IMG/VR virus record: IMGVR_UViG_3300050035_000427
Source: an uncultured virus (IMG/VR IMGVR_UViG_3300050035_000427)
Lineage: Duplodnaviria > Heunggongvirae > Uroviricota > Caudoviricetes
DNA: 64,000 nt
Direction: 5' to 3' (one strand)
Shown here: piece by piece, positions 46,152-55,721 of the stretch
How the letters are laid out: every line of letters begins with the position of its first letter
Numbering within the stretch: the first letter of the stretch is position 1
Notes under the pieces: generated by a model
The model's input: the letters and a program-made list of their open reading frames with translations, nothing else
The model's database searches: none
What the model was told of the DNA's origin: nothing
Program-made: the position numbers and the translations under genes

Positions 46152-46793
46152 ATGGAAGTTGAAACTGTGATGGTTGAAGAGTCTTCGCCTAAGTCCATTG
46201 ACGAGATAGTTGCTAGTTTGAAAGGCTTCGGAATCACAGATTTTGAAGAGATCCTCACTGTCAAGGTCGGTCCCAAAGAACTCCGTCTCAGGATCGCCAA
46301 TCTTCCAACTGAAGAAGAGATGAACTCGCTTTTCGCAGTGGAGGAGTACAAGGGATACGCCTGGGTTCAGCACATCAAGTGCGAGATCTTGTCTCGGTCC
46401 ATCTCTTGGATCAATGGCATCGACATTCGCAATCTGACTTCCACACAGCGGATGGTTGTGGATCCCACGGATAAGGAAGGAGTTCAGAAGGACATCCAAG
46501 TTGTCCTCCGGAACCTCTTGATGGGTTGGGGTCAGGAATTGGTGGGTGTTCTGTGGAAAGTGCTCATGGTCCATGCTCAGCGCATTACCGACCGGCTGTA
46601 TGAGCAATTCCCCGACAGCGCCATCATGACGGAATACGAGAAGAGATTCATGGAGCATGCACAGGAAGAAATCGAGCAGGCGACCGCCGACAATATCCGG
46701 CAGCAGATTTCTGAAATGTACGATCCTGAAGTAGATGTGCCCAAGGATTCGGAGCCTGAACCTCAAACTCCTCCTAAGACAAAGGAAAAGTAG
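46152..46793 (+). CDS. putative tail assembly chaperone-like protein
   Basis: directly upstream of tape measure; GGAG RBS. Confidence 0.5.
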   Translation: MEVETVMVEESSPKSIDEIVASLKGFGITDFEEILTVKVGPKELRLRIANLPTEEEMNSLFAVEEYKGYAWVQHIKCEILSRSISWINGIDIRNLTSTQRMVVDPTDKEGVQKDIQVVLRNLLMGWGQELVGVLWKVLMVHAQRITDRLYEQFPDSAIMTEYEKRFMEHAQEEIEQATADNIRQQISEMYDPEVDVPKDSEPEPQTPPKTKEK

Positions 46794-46796
46794 ACT

Positions 46797-49700
46797 ATGG
46801 CATCTCCTCCAGTTGGCGGCGGCAATATTGGTGATCCTGGTCCAGCAACAGCTGCGTCTGCTAGTGCTTCTGGAACTGGAGATCCTCGTGGCTCAATAAA
46901 CACAGGAGCTCCGGATCTATCCAGCATTCTGAAGGGGATGAACAACATCACAGATGCCCAGATCTTGATGGTTGAGTTGTCTGGGAAAATGAAAGTGGCT
47001 TTGGAAGAGATCCCAAAGACTTTGAGAGAGGTTGTTGACCAGTATAAGAAGGTCCAGACTGGATTGAAGGACGGTGTTGATGACATCGAGGAGACCGTAG
47101 ATCACTACGATGTCTTGGTGAAGAAAACCAAGGAATTCAACAAGAATCTCAACGACACCAATCGCGGTGGACACAAGAGGCTTCAAGATCTAAAGCAGCT
47201 GATAACAGCCCACGAAACGCTCGTTAGAAGTGGGAAGATGCATGGCAGAGAACTCGAGAATGTCACTCGTCAGCTTGCTCATCTGAAGAAAGGGTTTCAA
47301 GATGCCAGCGCTGGAGCCATAGATCTGACAAATCCAAGTCATCTGAAGCCATTTCAGGTTGGTTTGGACAACATGCTCCGCACCATAAAGACCATTGGAA
47401 TACAGTATAAAAGCATCAACAGCACTGGCCTGAATGCCAGAAGAGACAACATGCGCGCTGCCTTTTCTCAGGCTGGCTTCTACATGAAGCCCGGTTACAG
47501 AGACCGCGCTGTAAGAATGGGACAACTTGCTGCCAATTTGAAGGCCAATACAGCCCATCACACAGCCTTGAGCAAGGAGGCTTTTGAAGAAAAGATGGGA
47601 AAGGTACGAGGATTCGGTGGATTCATCAACAGAAAACCAGGCGGAGAGGTCGACTGGAAAGCATTTTCCAAGAAGGGAAGGACTCCTGAATTTTGGGAAA
47701 AACTAGACACCAAAGCGACAGCCAGGCAGATGGGAGGAGGAGGAATTGAATCCTATGCTCTGGGAAGACTGGCCAATGCTAAGGCTGGAAAGGGAACCTT
47801 GGGATTTGGAACCAAAGCTATCCTGGGAATGATGGAGAAGGGAGAAGGATCCGCACTTCGAGGAGTCGGTGCTTGGGGAATGGGTCTAGCAGAAAAGGGG
47901 ATGGGAATGGGAGCCGGAGCGATGGCTATTCCCGGTGTTGGAGAAGGTCTTGCTCTTCTTAGCCTAGTGAGAGCAGCCTTCGACAAGCAAATTGAGATCA
48001 ATCAGGGAATTGAGAAGAACCTTGGTACTGCCGGAATATTTGCCCCCGGCGCCAAATCTCCTGGAGTGTTTCAAAATTTGTCAAGAGTGCAAGCCAATCT
48101 GATGCCTGCAACTGGTGGAGGATTTTACAACACTATGGGCATCACTTACAAAAAGAACATGGAAGTCGCTCAAGCGATGGCTGCCAGTGGTATGGGATTA
48201 TCAGAGCTTCAGCAGGGTGAAGGTATGTATGCGGGCAAGTATGCTCAGCCTGGTTCGGATACTAAACAGTGGGGGCCAGGAACTTACGGAGCTATTCAGC
48301 ACACAGCTTACACCACCGCTCGTCTTGCTGGTTACGATACAGCGGCTGGTACTGCTCAGGCTGTGAAGTTGATACAGACCTATGGTCAGTCTTTGACTGC
48401 TACCAATGACTTTTTCCTCACATTGAACAAAGACGCCAAAGCTGCTGGCATGACCACAATCAAGTATGTGAGCATCATCGATGATGTGACCAGTGGCCTT
48501 GGCCGTATGAACAAATCGTTCACGGAGTCCGTGAACATCATTCGCACTTTGGGCAGAACGGGCGGAACAACGGCACAGGATATCAAGGACTACTTTGAAG
48601 CAATAACGGGCGGTGGAGCGAAGAAGGAGCTCCCGGTATCTTCATTCCTATTTGGTACAGCAACTCAAGGAGAAAAGGCAGATTATAGAGAGATCACTCA
48701 AAACAGACAAAACGAACTGGCTGGTGGTATAGCTCAGTCCATTCAAGACGCTCACCTAACTGGAACAATGGGAGGGTACACCAAAGAGAAGTTAGCTGGT
48801 ATGTCAGCAGAAGACCTTCGTGCATTGTTACCCGAACTGGCGAGAGCCGGTGGTGATGAAGGAGCCAAGACTGGAATTGGTGGCCAGATTAGAGAGGCTA
48901 TCACTAACAAGTACCGATCCGATGCTGCTAGAGAGTTCGCTGCTGGAAAAATAAATGCTGTTCAAATGGCCTCCGTAAACAACATGCTGGGTTCGGACAT
49001 AGGCACACAAGTGTGGCAACAGAATCAAGCACTGGAAAAGACTTTGAAGCCATTTGGTGGCAATATCAAAAAGGCAATCCAAAGTCCGTTATCTGGTGGA
49101 TTGTTTGAAGCCTTTGGAGGAGGTAAGAGCGAGAACTTTGAAGCAATGATAGAAGCCCGTCAGATAGCAGCGGGTGGCGTGGTGGATAAGCTCCGGAACA
49201 AGACCACTACTCCAGCAGAGAAGGCGGAACTTATTGCGAGGTATGCGAATGTGGTACCTGGTGGTGCTAAGGCAATGTCAAGGATGGCCGAAACTCAACC
49301 AGGTAAACTAGAGGATCTTCTCACAAAAAGTGCCGAAATTGGTACTGAGGTTCTGAAATCTCAGCAGCAGTCCATAACCCTACAGGAGAAAATAGACGCA
49401 GACAACGCGGCGCGAGATTTGAATGTAGCAACCAAGAGTTCAGCAGACATCTTCGCTGATGCTTTCGAGCACTTGTTCATGCTGATTGTGAAGCCGGTGA
49501 ATGACATTCTGGACGCCTTGCCCTGGCATGGCGCAAAAGCTGGTGAAGGCGAGAGAACAGCATACGATGCTGCCTATCATAATGTGTCAAAGGATATGCA
49601 AAACTTGCAGAATGCCATCGATGACACGACTGGAAAATACACTCCTCAACAGAAAGAAACTTTCCATCAAATGATATCTAGCATCAGAACTGAGCTAGCA

Positions 49701-50408
49701 GCTAATGCCACCGGAAGACAAACAAGAGAGGCAACAGCCCAGCTTAACCAAGCTGAGAACATGGGAAGTAACTATCAATCTGCAAATACTCCTTCTCACT
49801 TTGGCTATGTGTATGGAGAAGGAGTTGACAACGTATACGGAAAAGGCGATCTTGATCCTCTGCATAACAAGAAAGGACAGGACAAAAAGTACAGTGAGAT
49901 GGCTGATGCTTATCTCAACAATGTAGTCAAGGGTGGCATCAACCCGCAAACTGGAAAGCCCTATGCAGGAAAGTTAGAAGAAGACGAATCCGAAATGTTG
50001 CCAGTCATGAATCTCTCTAGCGGACTAGCAATGGGCACCGACAAACATGCTGGTCAGATAGCAATTCCTACTGAAGATTTGGTGACAAAAGAGGGAGAGT
50101 CAAAGCTGGCTCTGTATCTTGACAGAGCAGCTGGAAAGAAGGGAGGACTTTTTGGTGCTGATGCTTGGGGTGGTGATCAAGGCAAGTATAACTATGGAAC
50201 TGATGCAAGCGGCAAATCAGTTGTCTATGTAACTCTCATCAACAACAACGCTGCAAACTGGAATCAGTTCCTTGGTAGTCACCCTGCTCTAGTGACTGGA
50301 AAGAGCGAGGTTGTTTCCGCTCCAAAGCCAGCTGTTCCTGCAGTTCCAGGCAAAGATCCAAAGAGCACCTCTTGGCATGCAGGTCCTAACGGTGTGTGGA
50401 GTCAATAG
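46797..50408 (+). CDS. tape measure protein (probable)
   Basis: 1203 aa, Ala/Gly-rich helical, tail-module position. Confidence 0.7.
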   Translation: MASPPVGGGNIGDPGPATAASASASGTGDPRGSINTGAPDLSSILKGMNNITDAQILMVELSGKMKVALEEIPKTLREVVDQYKKVQTGLKDGVDDIEETVDHYDVLVKKTKEFNKNLNDTNRGGHKRLQDLKQLITAHETLVRSGKMHGRELENVTRQLAHLKKGFQDASAGAIDLTNPSHLKPFQVGLDNMLRTIKTIGIQYKSINSTGLNARRDNMRAAFSQAGFYMKPGYRDRAVRMGQLAANLKANTAHHTALSKEAFEEKMGKVRGFGGFINRKPGGEVDWKAFSKKGRTPEFWEKLDTKATARQMGGGGIESYALGRLANAKAGKGTLGFGTKAILGMMEKGEGSALRGVGAWGMGLAEKGMGMGAGAMAIPGVGEGLALLSLVRAAFDKQIEINQGIEKNLGTAGIFAPGAKSPGVFQNLSRVQANLMPATGGGFYNTMGITYKKNMEVAQAMAASGMGLSELQQGEGMYAGKYAQPGSDTKQWGPGTYGAIQHTAYTTARLAGYDTAAGTAQAVKLIQTYGQSLTATNDFFLTLNKDAKAAGMTTIKYVSIIDDVTSGLGRMNKSFTESVNIIRTLGRTGGTTAQDIKDYFEAITGGGAKKELPVSSFLFGTATQGEKADYREITQNRQNELAGGIAQSIQDAHLTGTMGGYTKEKLAGMSAEDLRALLPELARAGGDEGAKTGIGGQIREAITNKYRSDAAREFAAGKINAVQMASVNNMLGSDIGTQVWQQNQALEKTLKPFGGNIKKAIQSPLSGGLFEAFGGGKSENFEAMIEARQIAAGGVVDKLRNKTTTPAEKAELIARYANVVPGGAKAMSRMAETQPGKLEDLLTKSAEIGTEVLKSQQQSITLQEKIDADNAARDLNVATKSSADIFADAFEHLFMLIVKPVNDILDALPWHGAKAGEGERTAYDAAYHNVSKDMQNLQNAIDDTTGKYTPQQKETFHQMISSIRTELAANATGRQTREATAQLNQAENMGSNYQSANTPSHFGYVYGEGVDNVYGKGDLDPLHNKKGQDKKYSEMADAYLNNVVKGGINPQTGKPYAGKLEEDESEMLPVMNLSSGLAMGTDKHAGQIAIPTEDLVTKEGESKLALYLDRAAGKKGGLFGADAWGGDQGKYNYGTDASGKSVVYVTLINNNAANWNQFLGSHPALVTGKSEVVSAPKPAVPAVPGKDPKSTSWHAGPNGVWSQ

Positions 50409-50416
50409 GAGTTTGA

Positions 50417-51892
50417 ATGAGCACCAATCCAACGCAGGCACAAATCGCAGCAGAGGCGGCAGCCCTGAGTGCTCAGTATGGAATTCCTGCAAGTGTGATC
50501 ATGTCTGTGATTCAGAGTGAATCCAGTTACAAGCAGTTTGATTCATCTGGAAATCCTCTTCTCAATGTCCCAGTTGCACCAGCAACCTCGACTTCTGGCG
50601 CTGTGGGACTGATGCAGGTAATGCAAAACAGTGTTTCTCCTCCACTGACATACGATCAAGTTTCCAATGACTGGCAAGCCAACATGCAGGCTGGTGCTTC
50701 CATTCTCAGCAAGGATATTCAAAATGCCAATCCAGGCCAGACACCAGGTCAGGATGGATGGAGCGCAGCACAAACAGCAGCAGGTCTTCCGGCTTATGGA
50801 GGATTTGTCAAGAACGATCCTTCAGCCTATGTCAACAAGATCATGACCAACGCTGGGATGTCTGGGTATCCACAAGTGGGACCGCCCTCCTCTTCGGCTA
50901 ATGGTCCTCTCCTTCCAGGAGTTTCAGGCGCGGCGGTTGAAGCTCTTCCGGTTACTGGGCAACCCATCACTGACACTGCTGATCTCTACCCTCCATATGT
51001 CATAACAGAGGGACTGGATGCAAATCCTTGGTGGCTGATGAAGGGATATACAGAAAATCCCTGGCTCAAGCAAGTTCCAGCCCCGGTCACCTTTGAGGTC
51101 ATGCTCCCCAACCAAAAGATGCTTTCAAACACCAAGGCTGGAAACACCTCTGGTACAATCTCGATTCAACTAAATGCTTCGGTCGCCAGCTTTGAAGTTC
51201 AGGCCGGTCACGTTGTTAACAAAGGTCTGTCCCGCACAGGAATGCATATCACGATGTGGGGACAGGAAGCTGACTTGATCTCGGGAGAAGCTAACACCGG
51301 CGCATTCATGAATGCTCTGGGCATCACGAGTTTTCTTAGCGTTTCAAACATCAGTTCTCAACTTCAGCGTCAGATCATCAGTGCTTTCTCAAATTCCAGT
51401 AAACAAGAGAGCAACGTAGATTTCAGCATGACCAGCAACGACCTGAGAATTGCTGCCAGAGATGCCTTCATGGAGCTTCTAGCACTGTTCAAGGCCAATG
51501 GAGTTGTGTGGTTCAGAAATTCCACTACTGGTTCTGGTACTGGAGCAACCAATCCGGTTGGAGTGGACGCCTTTTCTCCTCAAACTGGATTGTCAAACTA
51601 CCAGATGAACGCTCGTACCAATGATGTCATGGCTCGAGGCCAAGTCATCATGAAGTTCCGCAATTCAATGTACTTGGGATACTTCAAGTCGCTGGAATAC
51701 GAAATGGAAGCAGAACGTCCGTTCTACTGGAAGTTCAGATTCGTGTTCCAGGTTGAGAAGACTCTGACTTTGAACTATATCCCGATGTACACCACAGCAA
51801 ACCTTCAACCTGTATCCACTCCTGTCACAACAACAATTTCCTATGTTCCTTTGCAGACTCTCTCGCTTCCAGGATCGGTGAGCAAATCATGA
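50417..51892 (+). CDS. virion protein with N-terminal lytic transglycosylase (SLT) domain
   Basis: QSESS, GAVGLMQVM, NMQAGA..L, AYGG. Confidence 0.8.
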   Translation: MSTNPTQAQIAAEAAALSAQYGIPASVIMSVIQSESSYKQFDSSGNPLLNVPVAPATSTSGAVGLMQVMQNSVSPPLTYDQVSNDWQANMQAGASILSKDIQNANPGQTPGQDGWSAAQTAAGLPAYGGFVKNDPSAYVNKIMTNAGMSGYPQVGPPSSSANGPLLPGVSGAAVEALPVTGQPITDTADLYPPYVITEGLDANPWWLMKGYTENPWLKQVPAPVTFEVMLPNQKMLSNTKAGNTSGTISIQLNASVASFEVQAGHVVNKGLSRTGMHITMWGQEADLISGEANTGAFMNALGITSFLSVSNISSQLQRQIISAFSNSSKQESNVDFSMTSNDLRIAARDAFMELLALFKANGVVWFRNSTTGSGTGATNPVGVDAFSPQTGLSNYQMNARTNDVMARGQVIMKFRNSMYLGYFKSLEYEMEAERPFYWKFRFVFQVEKTLTLNYIPMYTTANLQPVSTPVTTTISYVPLQTLSLPGSVSKS

Positions 51893-53058
51893 CACTCTCA
51901 GCAGCCCTTTCTCTACCAATCCGTTCCGAGAGACAGATCGTTCCTGCATATAATGCTCAGGTGATCAATCCTGCTCAGGGGAATCCTGTTGCGTCAACTC
52001 CAAGCGATTACCAAATCATCGCTGCCCTAAAACCGTACACGGACTACATCGTGTTCAGAATTCCTCATCGTGGAGTCACTTCAAGTGGCAGTCCGGACCC
52101 CACCAATCCAGCCTACTTCCGATTCTTGATCAATCCTCACACAGTGAGGGTTTCTCACCAGACTCAAGACACTCAGTTGATGACTCGCGATGGTTGGAAG
52201 TTCGGAGTTTGGGGAGAGGGATTTGTAGAGGTGAGCTTCTCAGGTAAGACTGCTGGGCAGTACTTCACATTGGGAACCACTGACATGTTCAAGGAGTTCA
52301 CTGAATCTTACCAGAATTTGCTGGAACTTCAGTCTCTCTTTGACAACAACGGATACTGGTTCGAAGGAGAGACTCCGGCAGTCGGAGGAACATCGACAGG
52401 ACAGGCGATTCCCACGGCTCTTACCAAGCGCAGAATCAAGATGCACGAGGATGTGGAGATCTTCTGTGGAGAAACCATCTGGTCTGGAATGTTTGACAAA
52501 CTGAATGTTTCTCAGAATGTAGACAGCCCTTTCTTGGCTGACTTCAACATCTCGTTCACGGCTTGGAAGGAAAGGTATCGCTTAGATTCGCCATATAGAA
52601 ACGCAGGAGCATGCAACATCCAGCGCGGTCATTCCTACAGTGCCTTTGCCTCTGTAGCGAATCCTTCTGGGCAAAACACGACGCTGGCAGATGCTGATGT
52701 GGATTCCGGCGCTGCTACTTCTCTGTTGACGAACTTTTATTCTAATGGAAAACTAGCTGTTTCTGGCATGTCAAGCACGCCAAAGGCAGCTCAGGTATCA
52801 AATTCTCCTGCTTTGGTTGTAGCAGCGCAGCAGCAAACTGCTCCAGTAGTGACTCCCAGTCTGACCGCCGCATCTACTGATTGTAGCGATCTGTTGAATC
52901 CAGATCCCACTTTTTGGAATGGAGGAGGAGGTGGAGGAAGTTTGGGGCCGGCAGTGTCGTATTCTGGTGTCACTCCAGTTGTTTCATCCGCGTTTTCGTA
53001 TCTACCAATCGTTTCAACTGCATTTCCTATCCAGGAAGGAGGGATAAATGTCAAGTAA
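51889..53058 (+). CDS. baseplate/tail-tube-initiator-like protein
   Basis: FLINP...TRDGW...WGE..FSGKT pattern, paralogous to the preceding C-terminal domain. Confidence 0.55.
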   Translation: MTLSAALSLPIRSERQIVPAYNAQVINPAQGNPVASTPSDYQIIAALKPYTDYIVFRIPHRGVTSSGSPDPTNPAYFRFLINPHTVRVSHQTQDTQLMTRDGWKFGVWGEGFVEVSFSGKTAGQYFTLGTTDMFKEFTESYQNLLELQSLFDNNGYWFEGETPAVGGTSTGQAIPTALTKRRIKMHEDVEIFCGETIWSGMFDKLNVSQNVDSPFLADFNISFTAWKERYRLDSPYRNAGACNIQRGHSYSAFASVANPSGQNTTLADADVDSGAATSLLTNFYSNGKLAVSGMSSTPKAAQVSNSPALVVAAQQQTAPVVTPSLTAASTDCSDLLNPDPTFWNGGGGGGSLGPAVSYSGVTPVVSSAFSYLPIVSTAFPIQEGGINVK

Positions 53059-55714
53059 TCCTGTTCTTCCACATCCAGTTGAGACCGTTGAAGTGAGTGC
53101 TACCGGACCAGGGACGATCCGCAACATAATCCAGACTGTCCAAGAGCGTGAAATAGTCAAGACCGCTCCAGATCTGGTGGTGATGATTGACGGAGCTTCC
53201 TATCTTGAGAACGGATATGTTCATCCTCAGGATGGAAGTACGGCTCCCTATGCTCTTGTACATTTCAACGATCACGTCGTTGGGTTCAGTGCAGGATATG
53301 ACACTGATCAGCTAGTGCCTCAGTGTTCAATCAATCTCAGTGTACCAAATGCTCAGAAGTACCTCTACCAGACTATCGGAGGCAACAATCTTCTGAAGAC
53401 CATGGACGAGCTCGTTGTGTTTGCCAAAGGGTACTGGCTTTCTCCCAATGGCAACTCACTCTATCACAGAGTCTTCAAAGGATTGATCAAGTCGGTTTCC
53501 CACACTGACAACGGCAAGACTCTCGACATCACGATTCAGGGAATTGGAATTTTGTACTTCTTGCAACTGATGCACATAGAGTTGGCTGCCCCGGTGCAGT
53601 CTACCGTTGCTTCAGGTGCTGAAGTGATGAACACAAAATATGCTAACCTGAGTCCTTACGAGATGATTGGAGCCACCTTCCGGGATATCGATCTTCAGCA
53701 AGGATTTCAATCTCCCACTGCAAACTATAACTTTTCTCAGAGTACCAATGCGAATGGTCAGACAGGAGTCACCAACCCTGATGTGTCTCCTTGGGCAGAT
53801 GCCATCAACGCTGGATACATATCGAAATGGCAAGCGATACTCACTAATCTTGATCGAGATGTCCATGTGTTCGGACTTCAACCACCCAACCCGAAGTCTC
53901 CAACCTTGATTCGTATTCCTCCGAGCACTGAACTCACAGAGCAGGCACTGGGTCACACAATGTTTTCAACAGTGGCGGAGAAAACTCAAGTTGACAACAA
54001 CATCTACTTGGACAAAATTCGTGAGCATCTTCCAGAGATGGCAATAGGACACATTGAGATGTCCAATGGAAGAATCACGTCACGACTAGACAGACTCCGT
54101 TATCTCATCAACATGATCGGTTTTGAGGGATACCAGGACGTCAATGGAGCCGTGATCATCAAGCCTCCTATGTACAACCTGGATTGTACTCAACTCTACC
54201 TTCCTAACGAGGCTAAGATCGCTCCTCCAGCGGGATCTTCGACGTTCATTTCCAGTCTGACCAACTCTAACAATCCGTTCGTGATCTACCTCTCAGAGAT
54301 CACCAACGAATCTGAAATTGAAGATGAGGCTGGAGTGGTTGCAACTCGCATGATAGTCCAGGGGAGTCTTGAACCTTCTCAGGCTTTTGTCGATATTGCG
54401 GGCGGTATCAAGCCTGCAGGTGAGTTTGTTGACCTGGCAAAACTGTCGAGATTTGGACTTCGTGAGCAACCTCCCCGGCTCTGTGGATGGGCTCATTACG
54501 ATGATACGACACTGCTCTTCGCAATCGCTTGCTGGGAACTTCAGAAGGCCAACAAGGCATGGAGGAACTACACTTGCACTATTCCTCTTCGTCCTGAATT
54601 GAAACTGGGATTCCCTGTATTTTTGCCTCACAAGGACATGTATGGCTACGTGAAGAGCATTCAGCACAGCTATCAATACGGAGGAACTGCCACCACCACA
54701 ATCACTTTGGATGCGATCAGGAAGAGACCGATGTATCCAGCTTCAACTGTACAGAATTCACAGAACGGAGATGGAGCGACCGGACCCACAACATACTACT
54801 CAGCACAGCCAAACCTGGTTCACAAGATGACGACCATCGCGGCAAATTCGAATCAGGCCCCGGCTCAGCAGTTGGTAGATGCAGCCAGTAAAGTGAGTCA
54901 GGATCACGAAGTATTTCTTTCCGGAAATCCATCGTCAATCAATACAGCGGCTCTAGACAACAATCATGTCGTGAATCTTTCTGATGATCAAGCCAGATTG
55001 CAAGCCTACAAAGCGACTCAACTCAGGAATTGGATGGGGTTGCCTTATGACACTCCTGGCAAGAACTATCGTGTTCAGATGGACAACTCGTTCGATAAGA
55101 AAATGCCTGCAGATGGAGCATACATCACTCTCCTAACAGGGGTGATAGGCACGCCGTCCACTGCTGCAAATTCTGGTGGAACAGCAGGTGGAACTCCCTC
55201 TATAATCCCGTACACAGACAGCACTGGATACGAAGTCATTGCTCCGTTTCCTTGGGGAAGATACACGGGTCTGTGCACTGCTCTGTATGAGTGTTGCCAG
55301 GGATTCAATGTATCGCCGGAACCTGCTTCAGACGGAACTGGTACTCTAAACGCAGTTCAGTCCTTCTTGTTCTCAGGAATTGGAACTCCTCCCAACTCGA
55401 GCGCAGGAGATAACATGCAATCCGCTGTCTCCACACTAGCTGCATTGGTGAATGATGACTCCATTTTTGAACTCACTTACACCGATGCCACCACGGCGGC
55501 TGATCAATCCACAAAACAGCAACAGAGTCTAGTATCAGACCTGGAGACATCCATTAATGCCAAGGCTCAACTGATGGTCAGTGGATTACCCACCAATTCC
55601 AACTTGGTCAAGGTTCTGTCACAAATTGGGAATTCAACTACACAGGTTACTGGATCCTCGATATCTGCTGATTTGAAACAACTGAACGCGGGATTCAAGA
55701 GCTTCACCTCATAG
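53048..55714 (+). CDS. baseplate hub protein (probable)
   Basis: large structural ORF; RFGLR, IPLRPELKLGFPV, YV.SI.H.Y. Confidence 0.6.
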   Translation: MSSNPVLPHPVETVEVSATGPGTIRNIIQTVQEREIVKTAPDLVVMIDGASYLENGYVHPQDGSTAPYALVHFNDHVVGFSAGYDTDQLVPQCSINLSVPNAQKYLYQTIGGNNLLKTMDELVVFAKGYWLSPNGNSLYHRVFKGLIKSVSHTDNGKTLDITIQGIGILYFLQLMHIELAAPVQSTVASGAEVMNTKYANLSPYEMIGATFRDIDLQQGFQSPTANYNFSQSTNANGQTGVTNPDVSPWADAINAGYISKWQAILTNLDRDVHVFGLQPPNPKSPTLIRIPPSTELTEQALGHTMFSTVAEKTQVDNNIYLDKIREHLPEMAIGHIEMSNGRITSRLDRLRYLINMIGFEGYQDVNGAVIIKPPMYNLDCTQLYLPNEAKIAPPAGSSTFISSLTNSNNPFVIYLSEITNESEIEDEAGVVATRMIVQGSLEPSQAFVDIAGGIKPAGEFVDLAKLSRFGLREQPPRLCGWAHYDDTTLLFAIACWELQKANKAWRNYTCTIPLRPELKLGFPVFLPHKDMYGYVKSIQHSYQYGGTATTTITLDAIRKRPMYPASTVQNSQNGDGATGPTTYYSAQPNLVHKMTTIAANSNQAPAQQLVDAASKVSQDHEVFLSGNPSSINTAALDNNHVVNLSDDQARLQAYKATQLRNWMGLPYDTPGKNYRVQMDNSFDKKMPADGAYITLLTGVIGTPSTAANSGGTAGGTPSIIPYTDSTGYEVIAPFPWGRYTGLCTALYECCQGFNVSPEPASDGTGTLNAVQSFLFSGIGTPPNSSAGDNMQSAVSTLAALVNDDSIFELTYTDATTAADQSTKQQQSLVSDLETSINAKAQLMVSGLPTNSNLVKVLSQIGNSTTQVTGSSISADLKQLNAGFKSFTS

Positions 55715-55721
55715 GAGATCG